Of a DNA stretch of 64,000 nucleotides, positions 25,001-40,000 are shown piece after piece; the first letter of the stretch is position 1; each line of letters begins with the position of its first letter. Below the pieces are notes generated by a model. That model did no database searches. It had not been told where the DNA came from and saw only the letters and a program-made list of their open reading frames with translations. A program made the position numbers and the translations under genes. Origin of the DNA: Owenia fusiformis (lineage: Eukaryota). The DNA lies in contig CAIIXF020000001.1 in the NCBI GenBank assembly GCA_903813345.2, positions 22,630,001-22,694,000 on the forward strand. Reading direction: 5' to 3'.

Positions 25001-28000
25001 TATTTATTGCTAAAATATATACTACAGTATTTGCTTCAAAGTGGCTCACAATGCCTTTGTAGACCACCTAGACATTCATGAGACAAAATTTCTTATTCAA
25101 AGTTAATTGCATAAAAGTAACAAGTAAGTAAAACATACATAATTCTAACTAAAATTAATAAAAATTAACAAAAACAATTACTAAGCCGCTTATTTAAAAC
25201 TTGCCCAGATGGTATATATCTCCAAGGGAGTTGGTATTTTCAAAGTTTTCATTATTTCCCGTAATTTTCCTCGAACATAAATCTTTGGAAACATGAAAAT
25301 AATTCATGAAAAACTGCAGTCTCAAAAGAGTGACATTAGAATTGATCTCTCAAATTCTAGTAGTAACTGATAAAAAAATTATTTATTACATAATTATTAT
25401 ATAATTCTGTCCCCTCATTTAGAAAATACACATACTTGCAAAATGTAATACTCATCGTTCGCATTATTGCAATTTTGTTCTAACTGAAAAATTTTAACTT
25501 TTCAGGTGACCATGGATTCTACATAATATGGCCCCGAGGAAACCAATCAGGGGTACGGGTCCATTTTGTTGTATCTGTATCGCAAACCTAGATTTTTAGA
25601 GTAATTTTGCGTAATTCTCCATATAAATAATGCATCTTGGTTCAATTTTGTTCCATGTCATGAATATACATTCAGTTCGAACAAAATTGAACCGACAAAT
25701 AAATATTTATATGGAGATCCACTTCCCACATTTATCTCTACCTTAAGCCAAGAGCCATTAACACTTTATCATATTATATATTTCATTATTTTTGATTATT
25801 AATGAGTATGAGTTATGAAAAGGTTTTTAATTTGATAAAATCCCTGCATTTATGCAACCTAGTCATTTTTCTGAACAATATCATGATCATTCATCAAGAT
25901 ACGCCAATGCAACCTTCAAAAGCTTTTATCTCATAAGTGCATAAAATGCAGTTGGAACAAAATTGCAATGATGCAATGATATCATTCTAAATTTGTGATT
26001 GTTCAAATATAAGTAAATTTTCACATCTAGTCAATGCTCTCATTACCTTTCAGTTTACAAATATACATACTTCATTCAAATTACAATATGAAACTGTATG
26101 TACAGACCTTTTCTTTGGCTGGTTCAGCAGGGGTAAGTTGAGGCTCTATGGTTATAAAGAGTGTGATGTAAGTATTATCTGGATCCCCCATGCCCATATC
26201 CAGTCCCTGACCCCCTCCAGTGTCTATATGGGTACTACGAGTATCATGCGTGTAACCCAGCAACACGGGTGGTTTGTTCAGTTTAAAGGTTCCGTCAATC
26301 TACAAATCAAAACAAAAACTATTTTCAACTTCATTAACTAACAGGAAGATTGCTGAAATGTGTTTCATTATTTTAATGTTCGATTGTTAACCTCTTGAAT
26401 CCCAGGCTCTAAAATTGGCATGAAACCAGAGAAGTTTTCATTTTTTGCCACCTTTTGACATTTTATTACATACCTATACAACTTTAGATGCTCAGCTTAG
26501 TAAAATTGGACGGCAGAGATCATTTCTACACGTTTTAAAACAAATTTTGTGTAAATTGGATGAAAATTGTTCAAATGAGAGCAATTTTTGTGAAAAATTT
26601 TGTGACGGATTTTCTCGTCCCTCTGGGCACCAGTCTTATTTCATTTGTGACGGATATATCCGTCACTCTGGGTATTCAAGAGGTTAATAGGTTATGTAGG
26701 ATAGCATGGTGCAGTATATCATATGCAACAGTTATGCAATGCAGAGCAGCTGTATATTAGAAAGAATATTGTTTAACTACAGTAACATTAATAACAAGAT
26801 TATCTATGGATGTTTACATGGAGGATTATCATTAATAGAATATGCACAAAGAGCTAGGAAGCGCAATTAGCAAAATAGACAAAGCACAATATAAGAGTAT
26901 CCACTTCTAATATTTATAAAAACAAACAATCAAACAAACATCATGTTCTAGAAAGTATATGCATGCATTCCTAAGTCTAGCTTAAAACCACAAAACAAGG
27001 AAAGAGACTACAGTAGAAAATGTCCCATAATATCAAACTTCATGTAGATTAAAGTGGCAGTAATGAGTAAAGACTAGAGAATAAAATGTTGAGCGCAAAC
27101 TTTCCACATATCATGTCAATGTTTCCTTTAGAATTGTAATCTTATTTTCTGAAATGGCATAATTTGAGATATGGAGATACTTGATCGAAATAAAAGTTAT
27201 TGAATATTTAAGATGCAGAGAAAGGGGAGATGGAATGACGAGAGCAAAAAATATTGTAAAATTTTCTCAAAACTTAATCTCAACTTGTCTTTGTTGCCCC
27301 CTTTGAACTTTCAGGTCACATACAAAGTTGTATATAAAGAGAGAAAGTTGAATACTTGCATGGAAAAAATATCAGTATAAATGAACAAAATAATTAATTC
27401 TACAAAGGAAGATTGGAACATTAAATCAACCTTAAGTCATAGCTATTGTCACTTTTATGTGAAGAATTCTCAAATTTCCATGTAGTAGGCTAATGGATAC
27501 AACTTCTAATGGGGGGGGGGGGGTCATTCACAATAATTTTCCCCTTTTCTAAGTATATCATAAGAATCATTATCTTATACAGTTTACGCAGATGGAAAGA
27601 CTGACCAACTGAGATATATAGGGCTTCATTACATACCTACCAATTTTTGCATTAATAAACAACCAACTATAAAACTAAAATCAAACAGTTCAAATTTCAA
27701 ACACAGAACTATTTGAAACATTAAAAAACTAGATATCAGTTAGAAACAAACCACTGTTTCTCCATCCTAAAAGCAGACAAAATATTACAACATCTATTAA
27801 AGCACGACCACACAACTATATTACAGCACTGTATTAAGCTTAAGAACATTGTAATTTGATTATTGGTATAATACTGATTCTAGGCAGATATAAAGATGGC
27901 AGTAATGTAGTTCATATGTTAGGAGGTTAAAACAGGTGTTGACTGCCACCTTTTTCTGACTACTTTTTTTATAGCTACTTTGGCTATTGGTGAAACAAAT

Positions 28001-31000
28001 TGTTGAAATTTACAAATTTTCAATGTATTCATACATCTTCATCATGGGTTTACCTGATGAAGATGTATGACTACATCGAAAATCTCAACATTTTGTTTTT
28101 AACACTTATTAACATACTACTGGTTATTGGTGAATATGCTGTGATTATATTAAATATCAGCACAAAACACAAACCCACACAAAGATAGGGCACCAATGAT
28201 AGTAAAGCCTCAGTCACATTTGATTTACGACGGCTGTTGCTTCACAACTTCGATAATCATTTTGCGTTATGCTGCATATTTCTCTCAATTTTGGGAAGCT
28301 ACTGATGTTGCATGGTTGCATGGATCAAATGAAACTGAATCATCAGTTAGAAACCATTTGTGCATACATATGTCGCATTGACCTCCTCTGTACATATAAT
28401 GATACATTCCATTATGCATGAAATAGAATTTATGTGAAGCAAGGATGAAAATAAGAATGACTGAGATGACTGCCAATAAATGTCAATACTGAACTACAAG
28501 CTGTATTCATAACATGGGAACATTCATCTATTAACTTGAAAATACTTTCCATGATTATGAAGAGCGAATTGACATTTAATTATCTTAATGGAAAAACAAT
28601 TCTGGCAATTGTGAATATATTTTAGTAAGTTATTTTGAATTGGAGAAATATTTACAGTATTGATGTATTATCCAATATAATGGGAAGTGCTACAACAATC
28701 TATAGAGTCCTGCTATCTATAGGAGTCTAAAAGCCCAGTGAAACAGGAAGTTACATGATGTCTTGTAATTAACATGTTTTTAAAGCTGACAATAAGTGCA
28801 GGGAATTGTATTTGATAACTGTAATGGACAAGTGATAAAATCAACTCCTTACTCTAGTATTGAAGTAGATTGTTGAGAAAGGCAATTTCAATCCACCCAA
28901 CCATTTTCTCTCGATTCTCTTTTGAATATTTGTCCCTCTTTGCCGCTCATCCTGAAAAAAGAGATTATTTAATGTCTTTCTGAATACATGCACTTATCTG
29001 AAAAACACTTTTTAGACAATCCAGCATATTTTACAATGATTGGCAAAATAAACAAGGCATTAGCATGCAAAATGTCACCACCTACCATTTGTTACAGATG
29101 CCGACCAGTGAATGCCAAACACAAACTGGCATTCACAAAAAAGTTGGAAACTATAACAATATATCACTACTTGCAGGGTGACAAAAAAGTGCTGACATAA
29201 AATTATATATATCTTTTAATGATCTTTTTTACTTTATTTTTCAACATCTTCTACACATAAGACATATTTTAAAATTGTAACAGGAATACCTCCAGGACGT
29301 CAATGAGGACTTCATCAAAAAGATTTAAGAAGACAACATCATTTACAGTCTGTAGATTGGTAGAACTGTAGTCATTGTTTGGGGCCCTGAAATAACATGT
29401 ACAGGTATCTACATTAGACATGCTTAAAAACAAAACATTCAATTAATCATAGCTGTGTAAAAGTGTTCAGATTGGCAGATGTTCACATTCACAAAATGCC
29501 ACCACCTACCATTTGTTACAGATGCCAAACTCTGAATGGCTAATGTTCACTGACGGATGCAGTCACAAAAAAAGTCGGAGACCATAATGTGTCATCTCTT
29601 GTGGAAGTGACATAAAAAGGAACCAAAATAGTTCACATTGAGAGGTGTGCAGATCAGTGTAGTTTGAACATACAGGCTTAAGTGCATGATAATCAAACAG
29701 CCAATATGTCATCCTCATACAGGCTTAAGTGTATGATAATCAAACAGCCAATATGTCATCCTCATACAGGCTTAATTGTATGATAATCACACAGCCAATA
29801 TGTCATCCTCATACAGGCTTAAGTGTATGATAATCACACAGCCAATATGTCATCCTCATACAGGCTTAATTGTATGATAATCACACAGCCAATATGTCAT
29901 CCTCATACAGGCTTAATTGTATGATAATCACACAGCAAATATGTCATCCTCATACAGGCTTAAGTGTATGATAATCAAACAGCCAATATGTCATCCTCAT
30001 ACAGGCTTAAGTGTATGATAATCAAACAGCCAATATGTCATCCTCATACAGGCTTAAGTGTATGATAATCAAACAGCCAATATGTCATCCTCATACAGGC
30101 TTAAGTGTATGATAATCAAACAGCCAATATGTCATCCTCATACAGGCTTAATTGTATGATAATCACACAGCCAATATGTCATCCTCATACAGGCTTAATT
30201 GTATGATAATCAAACAGCCAATATGTCATCCTCATACAGGCTTAAGTGTATGATAATCAAACAGCCAATATGTCATCCTCATACAGGCTTAAGTGTATGA
30301 TAATCAAACAGCCAATATGTCATCCTCATACAGGCTTAAGTGTATGATAATCAAACAGCCAATATGTCATCCTCATACAGGCTTAAGTGTATGATAATCA
30401 AACAGCCAATATGTCATCCTCATACAGGCTTAAGTGTATGATAATCAAACAGCCAATATGTCATCCTCATACAGGCTTAAGTGTATGATAATCAAACAGC
30501 CAATATGTCATCCTCATACAGGCTTAAGTGTATGATAATCAAACAGCCAATATGTCATCCTCATACAGGCTTAAGTGTATGATACTCAAACAGCCAATAT
30601 GTCATCCTCATACAGGCTTAAGTGTATGATAATCAAACAGCCAATATGTCATCCTCCTAAGCAGGTATCCAGAATCCATACCTCCTTCTTCCCCCTGCTA
30701 TAACCAATTTGGAAGCGCCCGATTAAACTGAATCACGTGATCTAATTATGCGCAATGACTTATACATGATATCTGTCACAGTGTTGCGACAGCCAATCAG
30801 ATTGTGAGTTCTTAATCAGGGAAATGCTAACTGCTTATCGCAGGGGGTAAAAAGAAAGAATATATTCTGGATTTTGAAGCTCTTAGATCGGAGGATGCCA
30901 ATATGTTTATATAAGTTGTTTTGGACTTAGCATTCAACAACTGACATTTAAATTTCCTGATCATTAGCCCTTTTTACAATGTTTCAGCTTGATAAATGTG

Positions 31001-34000
31001 TTGAAACTACATTTCGTTGCAATATATGACCCCAGCTCTTACAGTAATTGAATTTTCAAAAGGTTAGGCAATTTGAGACAAAGATATCTTGTTTTAATCA
31101 ACTCTTGAATTAAACAATTAGTTAATCACATCAATTTACATTAATCTATTCATGTTACCAATTGTTTTATAAAAGGTCATAACTACTTTCAATTGTTTGG
31201 CTCACACAGTGGGCCTATGGGATCGACCAGGCGTCCGTCCGTCCGTTGGTCCGTCAATCAACATTGGCCGCACAAATTAAAACTGCTATTCGGATTGAGT
31301 TGTACACACATTCATTTTATGCATATCCATAATGCCTATTTGACCTATCATCGCCATTTCCCAAGTTCGCCCGGTTTCCGGGAAATTGCGGATTTTGACG
31401 TCAAAAAGTCAAAATTTTCTGTAAATACTAGACACTTTGTTGAAGTAGAACTTTCAAATAACTTTTAGTAGCTGGTGTATATGCAACTTATGTCCTCTGA
31501 AGATTTCAAAGCTCTTGGAATTACAGTTTTTGGTGTTTACTCTATAAAATTTGGCAAAAAGTAGGACTTAGTCATTTTCAGGAAACTTTCTCATGTATAA
31601 AGTCAATGGCAGGTTTTGTGATTGACAAGTTTCTCAAAGTTTGCCTTATACTAGATCATTTCTTGCAATGAATTACATCATTACTAGATTTAAGCATTCC
31701 CTACATATTGCTCAATATATGTCAGCATCAAGAGATATATGACGTCAAAAAACAGTAAAAATAAGTTATTTTTCAACTTGCTTTTTTTTTAAAATCATCT
31801 ACAAGTTGCCAGGAGCTCAAATCTTACATTAGTTTTAGGATTTGACCTTACTGAGCTCTGAATATGTCAAATTTTCAAGGTCAAAGGTCATCAAACTAGG
31901 TCACACAACTGTGCTATCAAAGTTTATTTCTCAAAGTTCAAGACTACAAATCCAAATCAATATTTTTGTTTTAAAGTCAGGATATACATTCCTCTGAAGG
32001 TTCCAAACTGTGTGAGCACAGGACCGTGGGTCGTATTTTTATATAATCTGAAACCAATGTAAATATGTCCTGATGCACAAATATGCCTACTTATGAACTC
32101 TCTGTAAAAATTAAAGTAGGGGTTCAAAATTACAAAACAGATTCAAAAGCAGCAGACAAAAACAAACTATACAATTCAAAGCAAATCAGTTCAAGATGGG
32201 GATCCCGATGTTATGTCTTCTGATGATCATAGCAATAGTGCACCTTGGACATAACGCAGAAGCAGGGAAATGTCCTAACCTTGAAAAAAGATTGAAAGAT
32301 GCACAGACTGAGCTGGAGCGATTAAGGAACACAGGACAATGTGAGTGCAGCTGTATGGGACAACCAGGAGCTCCAGGCCCTGCAGGTCCACCAGGTCCTC
32401 CCTTAAATCAACCAAAGGACTGCCCAAAAGGATTCACAAAGAATGAAGTGCTAAAATCCTGTCACAAGTTTATTACTAACACAAAGTTGATGTGGACTGA
32501 CGCCCTCGCCTTTTGCCAGTCTCTCCAGGCAAACCTAGTTGCTATAGAAACACATGTTGAACAATTATATCTTGCTGACAAACTCACAAATGGTGATCTA
32601 CCTACTGAGACATGGTACTGGACAGGAGGCAATGAGCTATGTGGGACGTGGGAGTGGGCTGGGGGTCTAAGCTGGACACCTAAATCTATCACTGGATATC
32701 TGAACTGGGATACCACATATGAATTACCACAGCCACAAGCAAATGATGAGAGGTGCCTTGGACTTCATTCTGAGTTTACCTACAAATGGCACGATTTAAC
32801 CTGCAAGAGTGAGGAATATTTTATATGTGAAATAAATCTTTCTTAAACCCATTAACTTTGTAAAAGTCTTAGATAAAGAAAATGTAAACAAAGTATTTAA
32901 GAGATTATGGCTGACCTTTAAAATACTGAAAAGAAGGATGCCATATGGAAGAAGATGAGCCGTAGGACCAAAACCATAAAAAACTATTAAAAACACACTC
33001 TCAAATGACCTCCATACAGATACATAAAGAATTATAATTGACAACCAAAACCACACCATTGGATAATTATGACTTTCATCATTACAATAATGAAAAATGG
33101 GTGATAACATCTGAACCATGTGAGCTCATGTAGTACTTTACTATGTGTAATGAAATAATTCAAATATATAGGAGATTTTCCAATGACAGCCCATCCCATA
33201 ATTTGTTTATTCAAACAATATTTCCTTTTCCTCCTTTATCACACTACCCTACCACGTGACCACATTTAAAAATGATACAGGGTACGGTTAAGTTGCAAAT
33301 GGAGCGGGTATTCTCTATCTTTGTCCATTGGGCTTTTCTGGTAATAATACGTTGAAAACTGCTCGATGAATCTATACAATGTATAATAGAACACTTAGAA
33401 TATGTGTAAAATCTAGTATACATTCAGAACTATGGAAATAAACAAACGTCCTCCATTTGCAACTTCGCTGTAGCCTGTACTTCTTTTAAAGGAATACAGG
33501 ATACAGTATGGGGGTATAGTAGTGAGTTTATAGCACATTATTTTACAACAGGACATTGGGCAATTAACTTTTTTATGTTTTACAAGTTTCTGGAAATCTT
33601 TCCTTTATTACTAAATTCCATTGCTATTTCTCCTATACAATTGTTGCAATTGTGATTTGAACAACAAACCCCATAGGTGCAAATCAAAAATGATTACAAC
33701 TGTTTATTCATAGTGTTTATCACAGTTAAGTAGGATTACATCTATACATCAATTGGTAAAGGCCCATGTGCAGTATAGCAAGTGATTTTAGACAGTCATA
33801 TCTTTCACCATGAGTATTTTCTGGGTATAAATATAGTGGTGTTTTCTTTAAAGTGACGTCCCCATGATAGTAAAATATCAATCCCACCCTCTGAATAATT
33901 ATGGATTAGGACCCCACCTTGGCACCTTTTAAAAAATGTTAGGCTTATTTTCTTAAAAGAGGATCTTGTTTTTCTCAATTTAAATGTCTCAAAAGTTTCT

Positions 34001-37000
34001 TCTACACTATATTAATAACTTCTGAAATGGGTATGCATGGGTATTGAAATGCGATAAAGTTAAAAACCACATTTCCCATGTTATTTTCCAATAGGGAAAA
34101 TTCATGCTATCCATTGTTTTCAGCATAATCTTGGTCATTGAAAATTGATATCTTCAAAACTAGACTTTCAATACAATTCTACTCTTGAAGATGTTTTAGA
34201 CACCTTGTTGAATGTTTTCATGCAATAAAATCAGAAAAAGAAGATCCTCTTTTGAGCAAATACTTGTAAGTTCAACATTTTGAAAAAATTGTTGACGTGG
34301 GGTCCTTATTTATAATTCTTCGATTTGTTTGATTGATATGTTTATCATCATTGGGACTTCACTTGAAAGAAAACATATTGTTTTAATAAAAACCACTGTA
34401 TTTATGCCCAGAAAGTACTCATGGTGAAAGATATGACCGCCTAAAATCACTTGCCATACTGCACGTGGACCTTTGAAATAGTTTTACCCATACATCCAGG
34501 GTCTCATGGCGAGAATCTCCAGTATTATGATTCCAAATATAGCTGTACATACAAATACATAAAGTTAAACATTAAGCTGGAAGTGGGACAGAAAAATTCC
34601 AGTCATTTAATTCACAGCTCCAGATATAGATTCATTATAATTAAACTGACATTATGACAAATGTTATTTGCATGCAACAATAGGAAGCTACATTAAATTT
34701 ACTGAATCATCAATAATATTGTGTTCTTTAAGTGTTATATAAAGTTTAAACCACTTTGGCTAAATAACATGGGGCTTTTAAGTGTCACATGTAAAGTTTA
34801 AACCATTATAGGTAATATTATACATTGGAGCTTTATGTGTCTTTTGTGTCCAATACAATGGTGTTCCTTACTTAAATGGCATTTCCAGTTCCTCATTCCA
34901 GCTAGGGTTGGGTCCATCTCCTACAGTTGTTTGTTCCTTGTTGCGTTGGAAGACCACCTCAATGACTGGCCTTACCAGGGTCTGACCCGCTATGTTCCTC
35001 AACTTTGACTTATCTTGAGATTGGGTTCCCCTGGCGGACTGGTTGCCACTGCTGTAAATAAAACAAGGTAACAATCATTAACATGCAAAATGTCAACACC
35101 TGCCATTTGTTACAGACAACAATTGCCAACCCACCAAACACTAACTGCTGAACTCTGTTCACAAAAACAAATTCGAGATCATTATGTCTCCACTTCTGGT
35201 GTATCAAAAAAATCAAAATTGAATCACTGAGGTTATCCTTATCGAACAGATGACTATTTCAGGAAAAGGAATAACATAGCATTTGAAGTCATTTTGACTC
35301 AATGGTTTTTTGTAAAAGATATTCATGAAACAAATCTTGTGGAGTTTAAAATGTCATATTTTTATTTTACTTAAGCCTTTATTATTTCACAGAGAAAAGT
35401 AAAATAAAAATAAGCAATCAAAAATTACAATTTTTTTGATTCCCAAAAATTCATTTAATTGGCTTTTGAGCAGAATTTGTATATGAAGAACACATTCTAT
35501 ATATCCATGAACTCTATTTGATTCAAGATGTTAATGTATGAATTATGCCAACGAGAGGGTTGTCCAGAAAAAGTTAGCCCCAGCTACAGAATGAATGAAT
35601 GGTAATGACTGAGAATTTAACCATACCTTACTGCCTCAGATCGAACTGGTATATCAAATGCCCTCACAATATTGATGAGAATTTTGACATCTGTAGACTG
35701 TAAATTCTGAGCAGTGACCTTCTTACGTTCTTTTCTGGTGGGTCTAAGGGGTCTCCTTGGTTCAGTAATCTTCACAAGACTTGGAATAATAGTTCTGAAA
35801 TTATATGTAAAAATATAAAATTCGGACTACTAGCATAAACTCATCCTCCTAAGCAGGTGTCCAGAATCAGTACCTCCTTCTTTGCCCTTCTATAACCAAT
35901 TTGGAAGCGCCCGATAAAACGGAATCAAGTGATCTAATTATGCGCCGATGACGTATACATGATTGCTGTCGCAATGTTGTGACAGCGAATCAAATTGCAA
36001 GTTCTTAATGGGTGAAATGCCAACTGCTTATCGCAGGGTGTAAAAAGAAAGAAGTATTCTGGATTTTGAAGCCCTGTGATCGGAGGATGGCACAAACTAG
36101 GTGACAAGTATATTTTATACAGGAAGTAACTTTTAACAGAGTACATTTTTACCTACCGGTATGTGAAATTGGCCTTTAAGCATAGTAATATTGTAAAAGA
36201 AAAACAATATATTGATTGAATTATGTTATGGTCCAATAAAAAATTTGGTTGTCCAAATGATGGTGAAATCAACATGGCTTTTGCAAGGAGCAAAAGCATA
36301 GACAGTGCAAGTATATACAATGACTTTAATACATCACCTATATTGAAGACCACCTCTATATACTCACCCAACATTAGAAACCACCTCTATATACTCACCT
36401 TCGATTATGTACTACATTAGAGACTTCCTCTATACACTCAACCTACATTAGAGACCACCTCTTTATACTCACCCTACATTAGAGACCACTCTATACATTC
36501 ACCCAACATTATATACATTATGGAGTCCCTCTATCACCCTACATTAAAGACTTCATCTATACACTCACCCTACATTAGAGACCACCTCTATATACTCAAA
36601 CTACATTAGAGACTACACTATGGAGTCCCTCTATCACCCTACATTAGAGACTTCCTCTATACACTCACCCTACATTTGGGACTGCCTCCTCAATGACCAT
36701 ATCAGCGAGAGTTTTCTGATGTGAGGCTGCCCTGAACCTCTGGATGACATTCTCCCGTACCCTCTGCATAAACCTCATCACGGAGTCCCTGTGCTCCTCC
36801 AGAGCATCTCCCTGCTTGATTTTCTCCTCTTCTTTTTTCTTCTTCTCGTACTCCTTCAATAGAATAAATAGAATATTACAGCCCAAAAATAAATAAATAT
36901 CTCAAAATGCTTGTTAAAAATAATTATTTCCTTAGAAAGCAGTGGTGTGAAACAGTCCTATACTTCTGTAAGTCTATCTTTGATAGTTAATCATTGATGA

Positions 37001-40000
37001 GGTAGCTAGGTATAGTCTTGTATCAAAGCTATATAATATCAAGGTTCTATATATTGTAACAACATACTTGTATTATCATCCTTGTGGTGTGACCATATAA
37101 ACCTGGCATATAAGCCCAAAAAAATGAAATACCCAAAAATGTAACCTTACATTGGGGTACCCAGGATCTAAAAACTGGTGAGGCATCTAAAAACTGGTGA
37201 GGCAAGCTTAGATATGTGAAGCAATGTTACAGAAGAAAATAAAATATGATCACTACGCTCCATTTTCATATTTCTAATTGAACTGAAAAAAGATATTTGG
37301 AATAATATTTTTCTGTAAAATGTTTGCCTCACAATTCTAATGTCTGACTACATCTATGCCTTACATTGAATATCTCTGGTGGAACCTCTGCTTCTACACA
37401 AGGTATCATCTTGTAATTCCTGAACTCTGCAATCTCCATCTCCCTGTATTCAAGCAGTTTGTAGCGTAATGACTGATTGATGTCTTCATCTGAGCAGAAG
37501 TTGAACTCTTCTTGGAGATGTTCTATTCTGAAGTGATTTGGCACCCTCCTTGCAGTGGCGTCTTCATTTGAACCCTGTGAAGAGTATGAGTAGGTAAAGT
37601 CAAGCAATTAGTTGTGAGTACTTTTAATTCAACTTTGATATGTTGACGTTTTGTAGTTATACATGTGCATTATTAAAAAGAAATCTAATGCTGAATCCAT
37701 AGGAGTTAATAATTACTGAGTATCAATTGTACTTTATGGAAGGAAGTAAGTTATGGTTGTTGTAGAATATTTTTTCTGTTATACACATGGTATATATGAG
37801 GGGTGATCAATAAGTAATGGACGCTTTTTTACATAGATACTTTTTATAGACCAATCTCTTTAATTTTTTCACCAGTGATACATCATTCAATTTTCTGAAG
37901 ATTTGGAGACAAAACATGAAATATATTTTGATATATCTTTATTTCTGTGAAGGATGTATGGGTACCCCGGGACCGACATAACGTCACACATTCTGAAGCT
38001 ATTTAGCTCATTTAATGTGCAATGCAGTTTAATGCCGGTTGAACAAAACGAACCATGATGGTTATGAATTACACCATTTCGATACGCCATAATTGATTAT
38101 GAATATTGTGCCTTCACTTTGTGGCATTCATGCCACATTCATTCTTCAAGGCCCTGTACATGGGTTCCATTAAGTGCTACACACTTCCTCATTATCCCCT
38201 TACTCAAGATTGAAAGACATGGCCGATTCCATTCTCTGACATGGTAGCAAACTGCAGTTGCACAGCTTGTTTAATTTCATCGATGTCATTTAATCCATTT
38301 TTCTATAGAAAAAGTAGTATAGAAATAAAAGTCATGTGTGGCCAGATCTGGACTAAAGGGTGCATGCGCCAAGGGCTTCATGTTCAGGTCCAGGGATATT
38401 GTATCCTGGACATTTTGAGATATTTGGGCAGGGGCATTGTCCACATGGAGGAGGGTGTTACCTCCTCTCACTAACCTCTTCTTCCACACTGCATTCTCAA
38501 ATCAACCTGCAAACCCTGACTATACAACACTTTAACCTTACAATTCTTATCTTTCTTGATTACTACAGGCAGCATGATATTCAAACAACACAACGCTTGT
38601 GGCATATCAAAAAGTTCAGACTGATATGCCAAATTGGCATTACTTCAGAATATGTGACGTAAATGTCGGTCCCGGGGTACCTGTACCCCCTTCACGGAAA
38701 TATATCAACATGCATTACATATTTTGTCTCCAAATCTTCAGAGTTGATAGATAATTGAATGATGTATCACTGGTGAAAAAATCAATGAGATTGGTCCATA
38801 AAAAGCATCCGTGTAAAAAAGCGTCCATTACTTATTGATCACCCCTCGTAGGAGCTGTGTATTTGAAAACAAACAAAAGCAAACCTCAGTCTAGTCCTAT
38901 AAACCAATTGTTATAGTGAACTATAATAGCATAGGGAACAAGGCATTAACACGACAAAATGTCACCAGAAATGTTACAGATACCAAACCCAAATTGTTAC
39001 AGATGCCAAACACTGTGCAGAAAAAAGTTTGAGACTGTAACAATACGTCACTTCAAGTGGTTGTGACATAATTCGCAAATTATATTTTAGGAAGACCTAC
39101 CTTCAGCAAGTACATGAGATCAGCATTAGATGGATCATTTGGGTCAAGACGTGACTTCTGAATCCAATCAGATAGTTTGTCTAAGTCTGTCATACCAGTA
39201 GCTCCAATTGCTGCTACAGCATCCATTTGTTTCATAGCACTGCAAGGTTGAAATAAGCTCAGACTTACAAGTGGTCTTATGGAGAGAGGGTCCTTGAATG
39301 ACCCATTATGGCTATGTTTTGAGGGACCTTATACATTATGGTTCTTAATTGAACCATTATGGCTACATCACATGTTTTGAGGGTCCTTATACATCCAGAG
39401 CGATCTCCTAGTTACATCCTTCTTAAATGACATCAATCAGACACATTTATGAGATATCTCATAGGACGTAACATCGTCAAGTCATATGCTTACTTGTATA
39501 TATTGTTGACTTGTACGTTATTTAATTGTATATATTCTTGACTTGTGTGTTACTTGTTGTTACATGTAATTTGTTGACTTGTATGTTACGATGTGGCTCC
39601 AAGGGGTTCCCTATATCATATAATGTTACTTACTTGTGTATATTGTTGACTTGTATGTTACTAGGTGGCACCATGGGATTCCCTGTATCATCTACTGCCC
39701 AAGCTACACTAGTGGCAAGTTCCCCTGTAGTGTTGTAGCTCTGGATATTACTTACTTGTATATATTGTTGACTTGTATGTTACTAGGTGGCACCATGGGA
39801 TTCCCTGTATCATCTACTGCCCAAGCTACACTAGTGGCAAGTTCCCCTGTAGTGTTGTAGCTCTGGATATTACTTACTTGTATATATTGTTGACTTGTAT
39901 GTTACTAGGTGGCACCATGGGGTTTCCTGTATCATCTACTGCCCAAGCTACACTAGTGGCAAGTTCCCCTGTAGTGTTGTAGCTCTGGATGTTACTTACT

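Noticed and set aside
35627-35631. Alternative donor GCA|gtaagg for exon 26
   Set aside because: Phase 0 is incompatible with the next exon's phase-2 acceptor; AG|gtatgg 5 nt further on preserves the frame.
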